Counted from the first letter of the stretch, positions 1-10,047 are shown. The stretch is 64,000 bases of DNA from Candidatus Tenebribacter davisii (GCA_030765535.1 JAVCCH010000025.1:7871-71870), one strand, 5' to 3'. Numbers and translations: made by a program. Notes: a model not told the origin generated them from the letters alone.

Positions 1-10
1 CAATAGCATG

Positions 11-48
11 AAATAAAAAAATAGCGGAGAGTGGAACCCTCCGCTATT
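11..48 (-). terminator. Intrinsic terminator downstream of the OM protein gene
   Basis: 10-bp stem AATAGCGGAG(20-29)/CTCCGCTATT(39-48); the adjacent A-run gives a U-tract on the minus strand; lies 8 nt beyond the stop at 56. Confidence 0.85.
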
Positions 49-55
49 CTGGCTA

Positions 56-1449
56 TCACCACAAATACTTCAAATCTATTTGCCAACTGTTAAAGTTTGT
101 AAAATCATAGGCGAAATTAACATCGATTTTTACACATTCTATAGGTGAAATGGTTGTACCAAACGCAACGTATCGATCTGTTCCCCATCTACTGAATTCG
201 TTATTTTCGAAATATTCAAGTTCCTGCCTGATCAATTTCAAACCCATGCCACCATTAAATTTAATAGTTTCATTTAATTTATAGCTTACCCCAAACGGAA
301 ATTCAACTGCTGCTTTCCAATCTTTGATCTTAAAAATGTTATTTTCATTTACGGAACTTGAATCAGTATAAGTAGTATCAGGCTCTATGTGTTGATCATA
401 TTCAAAACTATAATAAGATTCATCTCGATCGGTTTCACCATACATCCCGTATAATTTTAACCCATAGAATATATTCCATTTCTCTTTGGTTAAAGTTTTT
501 CCAAATCCTAAATTTATGGAATATATATCCATGTCTTCCATTTTATTATTTTCGGATATGTCTTTATTTTCATATTCTAATTCACCATTATAATATCCTA
601 ACCGTTGTGCATATATCTCTTGTATAAATTCAGTTGATTGCTGAATATAATGCGACTCTATAAAATAACGATTTCTTTTTCTTCATTGTTCGTCTCCAAC
701 AAAATTGCAATCCCCATATCTTCAGTATTAGTTACATTTTTAACTGAATTTTCATTAATAGTGCGTGAAAAATCATCATAGGCTGAATTCCTCTGATAAT
801 CGCGTTTATGAATATCAAAATCTTCAATATCAGCCACAGAATACATTAATGAGATATCAGTTTTATGGTTAGATCCAAAGCTTAAATTAATCCCTGTTGA
901 TATGAAATCACTATTAAAGTCAATATTATCCAGTTCCTCATAAATAATCAAATCTGAATTTTCTATCTCAAGACTCTCATCATCAATATCTTTCCAATTA
1001 ACTCCATATTTGAAGAAACAACCTAGATGAAAACTATCAGTTAATTCATAAGATAATGAATTGTTTACAAGAGAAGCACCATATTCTCTTCCTACAAATT
1101 CTGTTGATCTTCTACTATAAATGTCATTCAAGTAAATGCGTGGTTCATTATCATCACTTACGATATCTGCATTAATTCTGATACTTAATTTACTAGATAA
1201 TGGCATTATACTAAAATGGATATTTTTTGCACCGTACCAATCATAACTAGATGAGTTATAATTATTAAATACCTGCACATATCTGCTTTCAAACTCACTG
1301 AGATGCGAAGGGAATAGTTCAATGTCGGTTTCAGTATCAGGTACCAGATATTCAAAATAGCTTCCCAGCCCATTAATTCTTACGCTTGCACTCAAATTCA
1401 TAATTAATCCTAAGACGGCAATGCTTAAGAGAACCTTTGTCATTTTCAT
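56..1449 (-). pseudogene. Outer-membrane beta-barrel-like protein (~465 aa) split by a 1-nt frameshift near 676-680 (or a sequencing error)
   Basis: GGAGG RBS and signal peptide at 1449. ORF 658-1449 stops early, but the frame of ORF 56-541 is open upstream to 682 (RNRYFIESHY...); adding one A to the A5 run joins them. Ends QIDLKYLW with a terminal aromatic residue, as OM barrels do. Confidence 0.7.
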
Positions 1450-1614
1450 TTTACCTCCAGTTTTAAAAAATTTTGTTTTTTCAAATATAAATCTAATTCA
1501 AGTTTTTTTATCTCTTTATTCCATAACATTTTGTCAAGATAATCGTGAAATATCTTTCTTCATTTAAAAAATTCTAATATCAACTGTGTTTATGTATAAC
1601 GAGTGAGTTTGAGT

Positions 1615-2511
1615 TTAATTTACTTTATTAAACTTTCTTTTCCTTAATTGCGGAATTTGAGAGATAAGCAATCCGGAGACAACTACAACAATTCCAATTA
1701 ACTTCTGAATTCCTAAAATCTCATGAAGAACAAAATAAGCAATAATAGCTGTAAACACAGGTATCATATTCGAAAAGATATTTGAATTAATCAAACCAAT
1801 CTTTTTGATAACATAAGTTTTCAGGATAAAAGCCAAGGTTGAACCAAATACCGCTAATCCTAAAATTGGTATAAAGTCAACCGGCTGAAGAGATGCTAAT
1901 TTATTTCTTTCAAAGATAATAAATAACGGCAGCAGGTATAACAAGCCAATAAAATTCTGGTTCTTTACAATTGTGAATCCAGAATATTTTTTTAAAAGTT
2001 TTTTTACCATGATACCGTATAAATTCGCTGACATTACAGCTAACAATAGAAGCAGAATTCCAATGGTAGATCCCTTACTGGAAAAATCATTAGATATCAC
2101 TATTATTACACCGATAAATGAAATAATTAAGCCTGAGATATTGAATAAAGTGATCTTTTCTTTTGCCAGGAAATATGTAAATACAGGCGTAAACAAAGGA
2201 ATTGTTGCAACTATTAGAGCTCCTAAAGTTGAACTTACATATTTCATCCCATAACTTTCAAACATAAAATAGCAAAATGGTTGTAGAAATGAAAGTAACA
2301 AGAATATTTTAAAATCTTCTTTACGAATTTTTTCTTTCTTGTAGATGAATTGCGATGTGATCAACATTAAAATTGCTGCTATCACCAGTCTGAAGAAAAT
2401 AATCGAGATAGCATCAAACGCTTGAAAAGCTTGTTTATACCACACAAAACTCGCCCCCCAAAAAAGAGTTGCTAAAAGTGCTGCTGCGTATACAAACAAT
2501 TTATTCTTCAT
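1615..2511 (-). CDS. DMT/EamA family transporter
   Basis: ~10 hydrophobic helices, N-terminal 'LFWGASF' and 'FFRLVIA' motifs, two EamA repeats. Confidence 0.9.
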   Translation of the reverse strand: MKNKLFVYAAALLATLFWGASFVWYKQAFQAFDAISIIFFRLVIAAILMLITSQFIYKKEKIRKEDFKIFLLLSFLQPFCYFMFESYGMKYVSSTLGALIVATIPLFTPVFTYFLAKEKITLFNISGLIISFIGVIIVISNDFSSKGSTIGILLLLLAVMSANLYGIMVKKLLKKYSGFTIVKNQNFIGLLYLLPLFIIFERNKLASLQPVDFIPILGLAVFGSTLAFILKTYVIKKIGLINSNIFSNMIPVFTAIIAYFVLHEILGIQKLIGIVVVVSGLLISQIPQLRKRKFNKVN

Positions 2512-2670
2512 TTTCCCTCATTTAATTCTGTGAAACTTTCAAGAGCTATTTGTTTGTCAATTTATATGAAAATCTTCTTAATTTGTTTTATACAGAAGAT
2601 ATGTATCTCTTGACGATTGATTCTTATCTATTAATTTGTCGAATGCATAATAAGCTATAAGGAGAGAAAA

Positions 2671-3225
2671 ATGAGAAAAGTAATATTCTTAATTTTATTA
2701 TTCACTTTTACATTCAGTTCATTTTGCTGGGGACTAAAAATAGGCGGGAAAGAACTTCCTGACAAAATGAAAGCTGGAGAAAATGAACTTTCCATCAACG
2801 GTGCAGGATTACGTAAGAAGCTTGTGATCAAAGTTTATGCTTGTGCACTTTACCTCATGGAAAATTGCAAAGATGAAAAAAAGATCATCGAAGCTGACGA
2901 GCCAATGGCTGTTAAAATGCACTTTATCTACAAAGCAGTTAATCCTTCCAAACTTATTGAAGCCTGGAATACTGGTTTTAGCAAAAGTGATACATCAAAC
3001 ATAAAAAAAGAGATTGATGTCTTTAATTCCTACTTCACTCAAGATGCTGTAAAAAATGATATTTATGATATTGTTTATGTTCCTGAAGTTGGAACATCAG
3101 TATACATGAATAATGAACTAAAAGGAACCATTGCAGGATTTGAATTTAAAAAGGCTGTTTTCTCAATTTGGTTAGGTGAACAAACTGAACTTCCTAAACT
3201 GAAAAAGGCAATGTTGGGATTATAG
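2671..3225 (+). CDS. Secreted chalcone-isomerase-fold (Chalcone_3) protein
   Basis: Signal peptide; 'LSINGAGLRKKLVIKVYACALYL' and 'FKKAVFSIWLG...LKKAMLG' motifs; AAGGAG RBS. Confidence 0.85.
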   Translation: MRKVIFLILLFTFTFSSFCWGLKIGGKELPDKMKAGENELSINGAGLRKKLVIKVYACALYLMENCKDEKKIIEADEPMAVKMHFIYKAVNPSKLIEAWNTGFSKSDTSNIKKEIDVFNSYFTQDAVKNDIYDIVYVPEVGTSVYMNNELKGTIAGFEFKKAVFSIWLGEQTELPKLKKAMLGL

Positions 3226-3257
3226 GATTATATTTATAGAGACAGACGGAGATTTTT

Positions 3258-3437
3258 TTGAGTAATAAGGTAAAACTGATAAAATGCCGTACCTGCGGTA
3301 AAATGGTAAGTTCTAAAGCAAAGCGTTGTAAGTATTGTGGCACTGTACTCAGAATGTCTTTTGTGGGAATTATAATCACACTCGGTTTTGTTTTATCTAT
3401 TATTGCCATAATCTTGCTTGGAATATTTCAAGGTTAA
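3258..3437 (+). CDS. 59-aa zinc-ribbon + single TM helix microprotein (absent from the ORF track)
   Basis: GGAG RBS and TTG start; translates as MSNKVKLIKCRTCGKMVSSKAKRCKYCGTVLRMSFVGIIITLGFVLSIIAIILLGIFQG (CxxC-x10-CxxC followed by a hydrophobic helix). Confidence 0.8.
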   Translation: MSNKVKLIKCRTCGKMVSSKAKRCKYCGTVLRMSFVGIIITLGFVLSIIAIILLGIFQG

Positions 3438-3529
3438 TAATTAAAATTTAAGTACTTGATTAACGAAATGTTAAATTTGAAATAAGGAATAATAATAATT
3501 TTTTTTACTATTACAAATAGGAGTATATA

Positions 3530-3976
3530 ATGGGAGATGGAATAATTTTTGGGAATAAAATTTTTGATATTGTATTTGTTGCTTTGTTCTCAGCACAAGC
3601 ATTAAAAGTAATATTAAGCCTTTTTACAGAAAAAAAATTAAACTTTCGCAGATTTTTAGATACTGGAAATATGCCAAGTTCACATACATCTTCAGTTGTA
3701 TCATTAACAACAGCAATTGGCATAAATGAAGGAATTCAATCATCTCTTTTTGCACTTAGTGTTGTATTTGCAGTAGTTGTTATGTATGATGCAACTGGTG
3801 TTCGCAGAGCAGCGGGTAAACAAGCTTCCGTACTTAATAAAATTGTTGATAACATAAAGAAACGTGAGGGCTATGTCATTTTAGAAGGAAATCTTAAAGA
3901 ACTATTAGGCCATACTCCCCTAGAAGTGTTTGGTGGTGCAGTTCTTGGTGTTATCGTTGCATTCTTAATGAGTTAA
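3530..3976 (+). CDS. Divergent PAP2 / DUF212 (YuiD-like) membrane protein
   Basis: 'GNMPSSHTS', 'VMYDATGVRRAAGKQA' and 'LKELLGHTPLEV' motifs; AGGAG RBS. Confidence 0.9.
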   Translation: MGDGIIFGNKIFDIVFVALFSAQALKVILSLFTEKKLNFRRFLDTGNMPSSHTSSVVSLTTAIGINEGIQSSLFALSVVFAVVVMYDATGVRRAAGKQASVLNKIVDNIKKREGYVILEGNLKELLGHTPLEVFGGAVLGVIVAFLMS

Positions 3977-4080
3977 AATAAACCACTTTTTAAAATAATT
4001 TCTTACTTATACATTAATATTATTGACACATTGTCTTCCCCTTCCCGAATTTGCAAAAAAAAGTATATTGGAAGAATAAT

Positions 4081-6072
4081 ATGGCAAAAGATTTTAATGC
4101 AGAAAAAAATTATCAGACATCCAAGCAAAAAGTAGGTTATACTGCTCGAAATATAACGCCGCCAAAAACCTATAAAGAGCTCGGATTTATGAGCGGATTG
4201 GAAGTTCATCAGCAACTAAAAACACAAGAAAAATTATTTTGCAGATGCCCGGCAGGATTGTTTAATAAATTTGACGATTATGATGCAGAATTGATCCGTC
4301 ATATGCGCCCCACTCTTTCTGAAATGGGAACCTATGATGGAACTGCTTTAATGGAATTCCGAACTAGAAAAAATATCATTTATCGTATTAATAATGATAC
4401 AACTTGTACTTATGACGTTGATGATACACCACCATTTCCAATTAATAGAGAAGCTCTTGATTATGCTATACAGATAGCTTTAATATTAAAACTTAATATC
4501 GTTGGAGAATTGCATATAACCAGGAAACAATACCTTGATGGAAGCATTCCAACCGGATTTCAGCGTACTGCAATAATTGGGATTGAAGGAGTAATTCCTC
4601 TTAAGAAAAAAAAAATCAGAATTATCCAGCTTAGTATAGAAGAAGACTCCTGTCGTGAAGTATCCGACATTGGTCATGAGAGAACTTACCAGACAGATAG
4701 ACTGGGTATTCCATTAATTGAAACCGTAACTTATCCCGATATGATCACACCTGATGAAGTTCTGGAAGCTGCACAGTACATTCGCTTCTTAAATAGAAGT
4801 TCTGGGAAAGTTAGAGTTGGAATTGGTGCTGGAAGAGAAGATGTAAATGTAAGCATAAATGGTGGAACCCGAATCGAGATAAAAGGTGTTTCACATAATA
4901 AATGGATACCGGAATTAACCCATAATGAAGCTTTCCGTCAGAAAGCACTTCTAATGATCAAAGATATATTAAATAAACGTATTCCAGATATAAATAAATG
5001 GAATCCAACTTTTAAAAATGTTGATTTTGATGTATCGGACATTGGTTATGAACCAATAAAAAATGCGATGAATAATGGGTGGAAGCTTGTTGCTTGTAAT
5101 CTCCCGGATTTTAAAGGAATCTTATCACATTTTCTTCAGCCGGGAAAAACTTTCGCTGACGAAATTGAGAATAGACTAAAAGTAATTGCATGTCTCGAGA
5201 AACCAAATTGTGTACATTCAGAAGATATGAATCATGTGTTCAGTGAATCACTTTTAAAACAGCGTTCGAAATTACTTAAATGCAAAGCAGATGATGCTCA
5301 AATAGTTTTTTGGGCTTTAGATGAAGATGTGCAAACTGCTTGTGAAACTATTGAAGAACGGTGTAGAATGGCATTTGACGGTGTTCCAAATGAAACTCGT
5401 AAAGCATTTAAAGATGGAACCACAATATTTGAACGTGTTCTTCCTGGAGCTGATAGAATGTATCCTGACACAGATTCTGCTCCAATACCAATTGAAGATA
5501 AATACATTAAAGATTTGGGAAAAGATCTTCCTGTAGACCTTAATATCAGATTTAAACAATTGAAAAAATGGCAGGTTCCTGAAGATTGTTTTCACTATAT
5601 ACTCAGAAATAATCTCGCACCTGAAATAGAACGGATCAATAAAGACCTCAAGATCGATCCAAAATATGTTGCTACAACATTTGCACATACCCTAAAACAT
5701 ATTGAAGGGCAATTTATTCCAGATGTTCCCTTTCCATATTCAAAAATATATGATATGTTCAAATTCATTCTAGAGAAAAAGCTTTCTTTTGATATTGTAA
5801 AATCTATTTTACCAATAATTTATCTCTATTCTCAAATGGATTTTGAATCAGTTCTAAATTCTTTGGAATTTGAAAAATATAAAAAAGAAACGATCTTAAA
5901 AAATGTAGGCAGCCTTAAAACAATGTTCCCGAAGATCATTAATTCAAAGAATCCACTAGCTCCCGAGAAATGGATCATGGGAAATTTGCGTCCGATCGCT
6001 CTGGGAAACATACCTTTAAGGGAACTGAATAAATTTGTGCGGGAATCATTATCTGATGGAGGTGTCAAATGA
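4081..6072 (+). CDS. gatE: Glu-tRNA(Gln) amidotransferase subunit E (archaeal type)
   Basis: 'GLEVHQQLKT..KLFCRCP', 'YLDGSIPTGFQRT', 'IEEDSCR', 'DRLGIPLIE', an AspRS-like insertion ('LPDFKGILSHFLQPGKTFADE'), 'RVLPGADRMYPDTD' and a helical tail; likely ATG at 4081. Confidence 0.92.
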   Translation: MAKDFNAEKNYQTSKQKVGYTARNITPPKTYKELGFMSGLEVHQQLKTQEKLFCRCPAGLFNKFDDYDAELIRHMRPTLSEMGTYDGTALMEFRTRKNIIYRINNDTTCTYDVDDTPPFPINREALDYAIQIALILKLNIVGELHITRKQYLDGSIPTGFQRTAIIGIEGVIPLKKKKIRIIQLSIEEDSCREVSDIGHERTYQTDRLGIPLIETVTYPDMITPDEVLEAAQYIRFLNRSSGKVRVGIGAGREDVNVSINGGTRIEIKGVSHNKWIPELTHNEAFRQKALLMIKDILNKRIPDINKWNPTFKNVDFDVSDIGYEPIKNAMNNGWKLVACNLPDFKGILSHFLQPGKTFADEIENRLKVIACLEKPNCVHSEDMNHVFSESLLKQRSKLLKCKADDAQIVFWALDEDVQTACETIEERCRMAFDGVPNETRKAFKDGTTIFERVLPGADRMYPDTDSAPIPIEDKYIKDLGKDLPVDLNIRFKQLKKWQVPEDCFHYILRNNLAPEIERINKDLKIDPKYVATTFAHTLKHIEGQFIPDVPFPYSKIYDMFKFILEKKLSFDIVKSILPIIYLYSQMDFESVLNSLEFEKYKKETILKNVGSLKTMFPKIINSKNPLAPEKWIMGNLRPIALGNIPLRELNKFVRESLSDGGVK

Positions 6073-7451
6073 TAGATATCTTTAAAGGTTATAAAGGTGA
6101 TTCTGTTGAAATCCTGAAGAAGTACCATATTCGTGTTTGGGGAGATGTTGAAATAAAAACAACTCGAGGAGATTTCAGTGGAATAATTCTACCTCGTTCT
6201 GAAAATGATGATGATAAACATATTGTTATTAAGCTTGTTACAGGTTATAATATTGGGATAGACACAGGAACAATAATCGACATGAAAGAGATCGGTTATA
6301 AAGAAGCACATTATAAAATACCTGAAAAAGAGTTCCCCTATACAGAAGGATTACCCAAAGTTAAACTATTTGGAACAGGCGGTACAATTGCTTCCAGACT
6401 GGATTACAGAACTGGGGCAGTAATCCCTGCTTTCTCTCCCGGAGAATTATACGGAGCAGTTCCGGAGCTTGCTGATATTTGTAATTTGGAGACTGAAAAA
6501 CTTTTTGCTGTTTTTAGTGAAAACATGGGTCCAGAGCAATATAAAGCTTTAGCCATAGCTATTGGAAAAGAGATAGAGAAAGGGATCGATGGTATTATTA
6601 TTGGGCATGGAACAGATACTCTCCATCACACAGCAGCAGCTCTTTCCTTCATGATCCAGAATTCTCCTGTACCGATCATTCTGGTTGGTTCACAACGTTC
6701 ATCAGACCGTCCTTCTTCTGATGCTGCTTTAAATCTTATGCATGCTGCAACAGCTGCAGCTAGATCTGATATAGCAGAAGTAATGGTTTGCATGTTCGGT
6801 CCAACTTCTGATGAATATGGACTTTTACACCAGGGAACTCGTGTAAGGAAAATGCATTCTTCATATCGTTCTACTTTCCGTACAATTGGAGACGTACCAA
6901 TTGCAACTGTAACGCGAGAAAAAATAACTCCGATCAAAAAGAATTATAATCGCAGAAGAAATGATAAAAAGGTAACTATTCTTCCATACTTTGATGAAAA
7001 AGTAGCTTTACTTTATTATTATCCAAACATGCACCCGGATATAATTTATTCACTTATTGAAAATAAATATAAGGGAATTATCATAGCTGGAACAGGACTT
7101 GGCCATGTAAATAAACCTTTATATCCGGCTATTAGGAAATGCACTAAATTAGGTATACCCATTTTTATGACCGTACAAACTCTATGGGGTTATGTTCATA
7201 TGTTTGTTTATGATACAGGTCGAGACCTTATGAATTATGGAATAATTCCTACCGAAAACATGCTGCCTGAAGTAGCTTTTATCAAACTCAGCTGGGCTTT
7301 AGGGCAAACCGACGATCTTGATAAAGTTCGTGATCTTATGCTTACGCCTATTTCAAATGATATAACTAAAAGAGAACCTTATAATGGTTATCTGATCTAT
7401 CAAGGCGGAATCCCTGAAGTTGAAGAATTTATCAAAAAAGTACACAAATAG
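6069..7451 (+). CDS. gatD: Glu-tRNA(Gln) amidotransferase subunit D (asparaginase-like glutaminase)
   Basis: GatD-specific N-terminal domain ('GIILPR...HIVIKLVTGYNIGI'), 'GTGGTIAS', 'HGTDT', 'GSQRSSDRPSSD' and 'RKMHSS'; ATGA overlap with gatE. Confidence 0.92.
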   Translation: MIDIFKGYKGDSVEILKKYHIRVWGDVEIKTTRGDFSGIILPRSENDDDKHIVIKLVTGYNIGIDTGTIIDMKEIGYKEAHYKIPEKEFPYTEGLPKVKLFGTGGTIASRLDYRTGAVIPAFSPGELYGAVPELADICNLETEKLFAVFSENMGPEQYKALAIAIGKEIEKGIDGIIIGHGTDTLHHTAAALSFMIQNSPVPIILVGSQRSSDRPSSDAALNLMHAATAAARSDIAEVMVCMFGPTSDEYGLLHQGTRVRKMHSSYRSTFRTIGDVPIATVTREKITPIKKNYNRRRNDKKVTILPYFDEKVALLYYYPNMHPDIIYSLIENKYKGIIIAGTGLGHVNKPLYPAIRKCTKLGIPIFMTVQTLWGYVHMFVYDTGRDLMNYGIIPTENMLPEVAFIKLSWALGQTDDLDKVRDLMLTPISNDITKREPYNGYLIYQGGIPEVEEFIKKVHK

Positions 7452-7465
7452 AAGTGAAAAACGAA

Positions 7466-7496
7466 CACCCTTAAATTCCCCCTTACAAAGGGGAAC
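7466..7496. repeat. GC-rich REP-like hairpin CCCCTT-ACA-AAGGGG
   Basis: 6-bp stem 7479-84/7488-93 with no following U-tract, in the gatD-ABC spacer. Confidence 0.35.
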
Positions 7497-7518
7497 AAAT
7501 TTGGGATAAAGGAAAATT

Positions 7519-9237
7519 ATGCTAAAAAGATTTATAAAATATTATAAGCCTCACAAGTTTTTATTTATTCTGGATATGGTCGTTGCTTTTCTGGCAGCGA
7601 TCCTGTCTGTATTTACACCAATGCTAACGCGTACTTTGCTTAAAGTTCATATTCCTAATAAAGATATAAATGGGATATTTACATTACTGGCGATAATGTT
7701 TGGGATAATAATCTTCAAATCTATGTTCACTTATATTCGAATCCGTTGGGGTCATGTGATGGGAGTACGCATGGAATCCGACATGAGATCAGATATTTTT
7801 GCACATTTACAGAAATTATCTTTCAATTATTTTGATAATGTAAAAACCGGTCATATCATGTCACGGATTTCCAATGATCTAAGCTTGATCGCAGAAGTCG
7901 CACATCACGCACCAGAAGATCTTATAATTTCTGTTTTCATAATCATAGGCTCGTTTATTGCGATGTTCTATTACAATACTTCACTTGCTATTATTGCCTT
8001 GATACCTGTTCCACTTCTGATAATATGGGGATTAACAATGGGTCGTCGTATGAAGGGTGGATTCAGGTTAGTAAGAAAGAGAATAGCTGACATTAACAGT
8101 ACTGTAGAGAATTCTGTTCAGGGAATTAGAGAGGTCAAATCATTCACCAATGAACATCTGGAAATAGAAAAATTCGGGCATATAAATTTCACTTTTCAAC
8201 GGGCTAAAGAAAAAATGTACAAGATCATGAGTACTTATTTTGCCGGAATGACTTTCCTTACAGATTTCTATTATTTGATTGTGATCGGTGGTGGAGTTAT
8301 TCTAATATATCAAGGTAAAATAGATGTGATAGATCTACTTGCATTCACCCTTTACGTAAATTTTATTTTAAGACCTATCGAACGTCTGGTTCATTTTACA
8401 GAACAGTTTCAGCAGGGTTCTGCGGCTTTTGAGCGTTTTATAGAAATCATGGATATTGAGCCGGATATTAAAGACATAAAAAATGCACTTTCGCTCTCTA
8501 ATGTAAAAGGATTTATTAATATTGAGAATATAACATTTAAATACAGATATTCAGATGAATGGGTATTGCAGAATATCAATATGTTGATCCCAGCTGGGAA
8601 AACAATTGCCCTGGTGGGAGAATCAGGTGCAGGGAAATCAACTATTGCATCACTTATCCCCCACTTTTATGAAGCGCAACATGGATCAATCTCCATTGAT
8701 GGACACGATATCATGGAAATTACTCAAAGATCATTAAGGAAAAACATTGGTATAGTCCAGCAGAATGTGTTTCTATTTGATACTACGATCCGTGAAAATA
8801 TCCTTTATGGCAATCCTGCCGCAAGTGAAGAAGAAGTAATTGAGGCTGCGAAAAAAGCCAATATCTTAGATTTTATACTATCTCTTACAAATGGATTTGA
8901 TACTCTCACCGGTGAGCGAGGAGTAAAACTCTCTGGTGGTCAAAAACAGCGAATTTCTATTGCCAGAGCTTTCCTGAAAAATCCTCCAATTCTTATTTTC
9001 GATGAAGCTACATCTTCTTTGGATACTGAATCGGAAGCATATATCCAAAAGGCAATGGAAGAACTTTCCCAAAATAGAACAACTGTTATTATTGCTCATC
9101 GCCTTTCAACCGTTAAAAATGCTGATCTGCTTTATGTGCTCAACAAGGGTAAGATCATTGAGCAGGGAACACATCAAGAACTATTGGATAAACGTGAGTA
9201 TTATTATAACCTGTACTCAAAAAACATGATCCGCTAA
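7519..9237 (+). CDS. ABC exporter, fused TMD-NBD
   Basis: N-terminal TM domain; Walker A GESGAGKS, signature LSGGQKQR, Walker B ILIFDEATSSLD, AHRLST. Confidence 0.95.
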   Translation: MLKRFIKYYKPHKFLFILDMVVAFLAAILSVFTPMLTRTLLKVHIPNKDINGIFTLLAIMFGIIIFKSMFTYIRIRWGHVMGVRMESDMRSDIFAHLQKLSFNYFDNVKTGHIMSRISNDLSLIAEVAHHAPEDLIISVFIIIGSFIAMFYYNTSLAIIALIPVPLLIIWGLTMGRRMKGGFRLVRKRIADINSTVENSVQGIREVKSFTNEHLEIEKFGHINFTFQRAKEKMYKIMSTYFAGMTFLTDFYYLIVIGGGVILIYQGKIDVIDLLAFTLYVNFILRPIERLVHFTEQFQQGSAAFERFIEIMDIEPDIKDIKNALSLSNVKGFINIENITFKYRYSDEWVLQNINMLIPAGKTIALVGESGAGKSTIASLIPHFYEAQHGSISIDGHDIMEITQRSLRKNIGIVQQNVFLFDTTIRENILYGNPAASEEEVIEAAKKANILDFILSLTNGFDTLTGERGVKLSGGQKQRISIARAFLKNPPILIFDEATSSLDTESEAYIQKAMEELSQNRTTVIIAHRLSTVKNADLLYVLNKGKIIEQGTHQELLDKREYYYNLYSKNMIR

Positions 9238-9240
9238 AGA

Positions 9241-9592
9241 ATGCTGAGAATAATCTTTTTTGCTGATACACATCTGGGAGTTGATTACCCGATCAAACCC
9301 AAAATTATACAGCGCAGAAGAGGAATACCGTTGGACCTTGACTGAAACTCATTTCCACATTCTTCCCACTCGACCAATGGTGAGAATTGATATTACAAAA
9401 CTAACTGAAGATGAAGAAGTTCTGCGCAATCTCTTGGAAGTCGAACTCAGCAAGATAGATCAGAATTCTGTAGTAAGATTGCGTTGTGAAATCCCACAAA
9501 CCAGAATACTTATAAGTGCTGAATTATTAAGAGAATTGACACCTGAAACGATGACTCTATCATTGGCTCCAGTATATAAGAAGAGAAAATAA
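9241..9592 (+). pseudogene. SbcD/Mre11-like metallophosphoesterase remnant with a large internal deletion
   Basis: ATG 9241 gives MLRIIFFADTHLGVDYPIKPKIIQRRRG (motif I, DxH), which stops at 9345; an overlapping frame gives a plausible C-terminus (HILPTRPMVRID...VVRLR). The central GD, GNHE and GHxH motifs are missing. Confidence 0.7.
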
Positions 9593-10047
9593 TGGATAAG
9601 GTTCAAAAGTCAAAAAGATACCAACGAATCATAACACAAATCGAAGAATTAATTCAAAAAACAATTGATCCATTGGCACGTATGAGCACAATAGCAGCAA
9701 TTTTGCATCATAAATTTGATTACTATTTTTGGACTGGATTCTACCGGTTAGTTGAGGGAGAATTAACAGTTTGTTGTTATCAAGGCAGTGTAGCCTGCCT
9801 TGTTCTTGCTAAACATACAGGTGTATGCTGGGCAGCAATTGATAACAAGAAAACTCTAGTAATCCCAGATGTTAAGAAATTCTCCGGTCACATTGCCTGT
9901 GATAGCAGATCAGCTTCGGAAATTGTAATTCCTATTTGGAAAGGTAACATTATCGTGGCAGTTATGGATGTTGATAGTAAAGAGCTAAATTCTTTTGATG
10001 AAGTTGATGTTGAATATTTGGAAAAGATCGTTAAGTTGATTTTCTAA
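9592..10047 (+). CDS. msrC: GAF-domain protein, free methionine-R-sulfoxide reductase-like
   Basis: 'WTGFY', 'CYQGSVAC', 'GHIACD...SEIVIP' and 'MDVDS...FDEVD' motifs. Confidence 0.8.
   Translation: MDKVQKSKRYQRIITQIEELIQKTIDPLARMSTIAAILHHKFDYYFWTGFYRLVEGELTVCCYQGSVACLVLAKHTGVCWAAIDNKKTLVIPDVKKFSGHIACDSRSASEIVIPIWKGNIIVAVMDVDSKELNSFDEVDVEYLEKIVKLIF

Noticed and set aside
656-686. Possible selenocysteine or stop read-through joining the OM protein ORFs
   Set aside because: The two ORFs are in different frames, so a 1-nt frameshift explains the break.
3194-3409. 71-aa minus-strand ORF in the track
   Set aside because: Antisense shadow of the better-supported Zn-ribbon/TM gene at 3258-3437; no RBS or motif.
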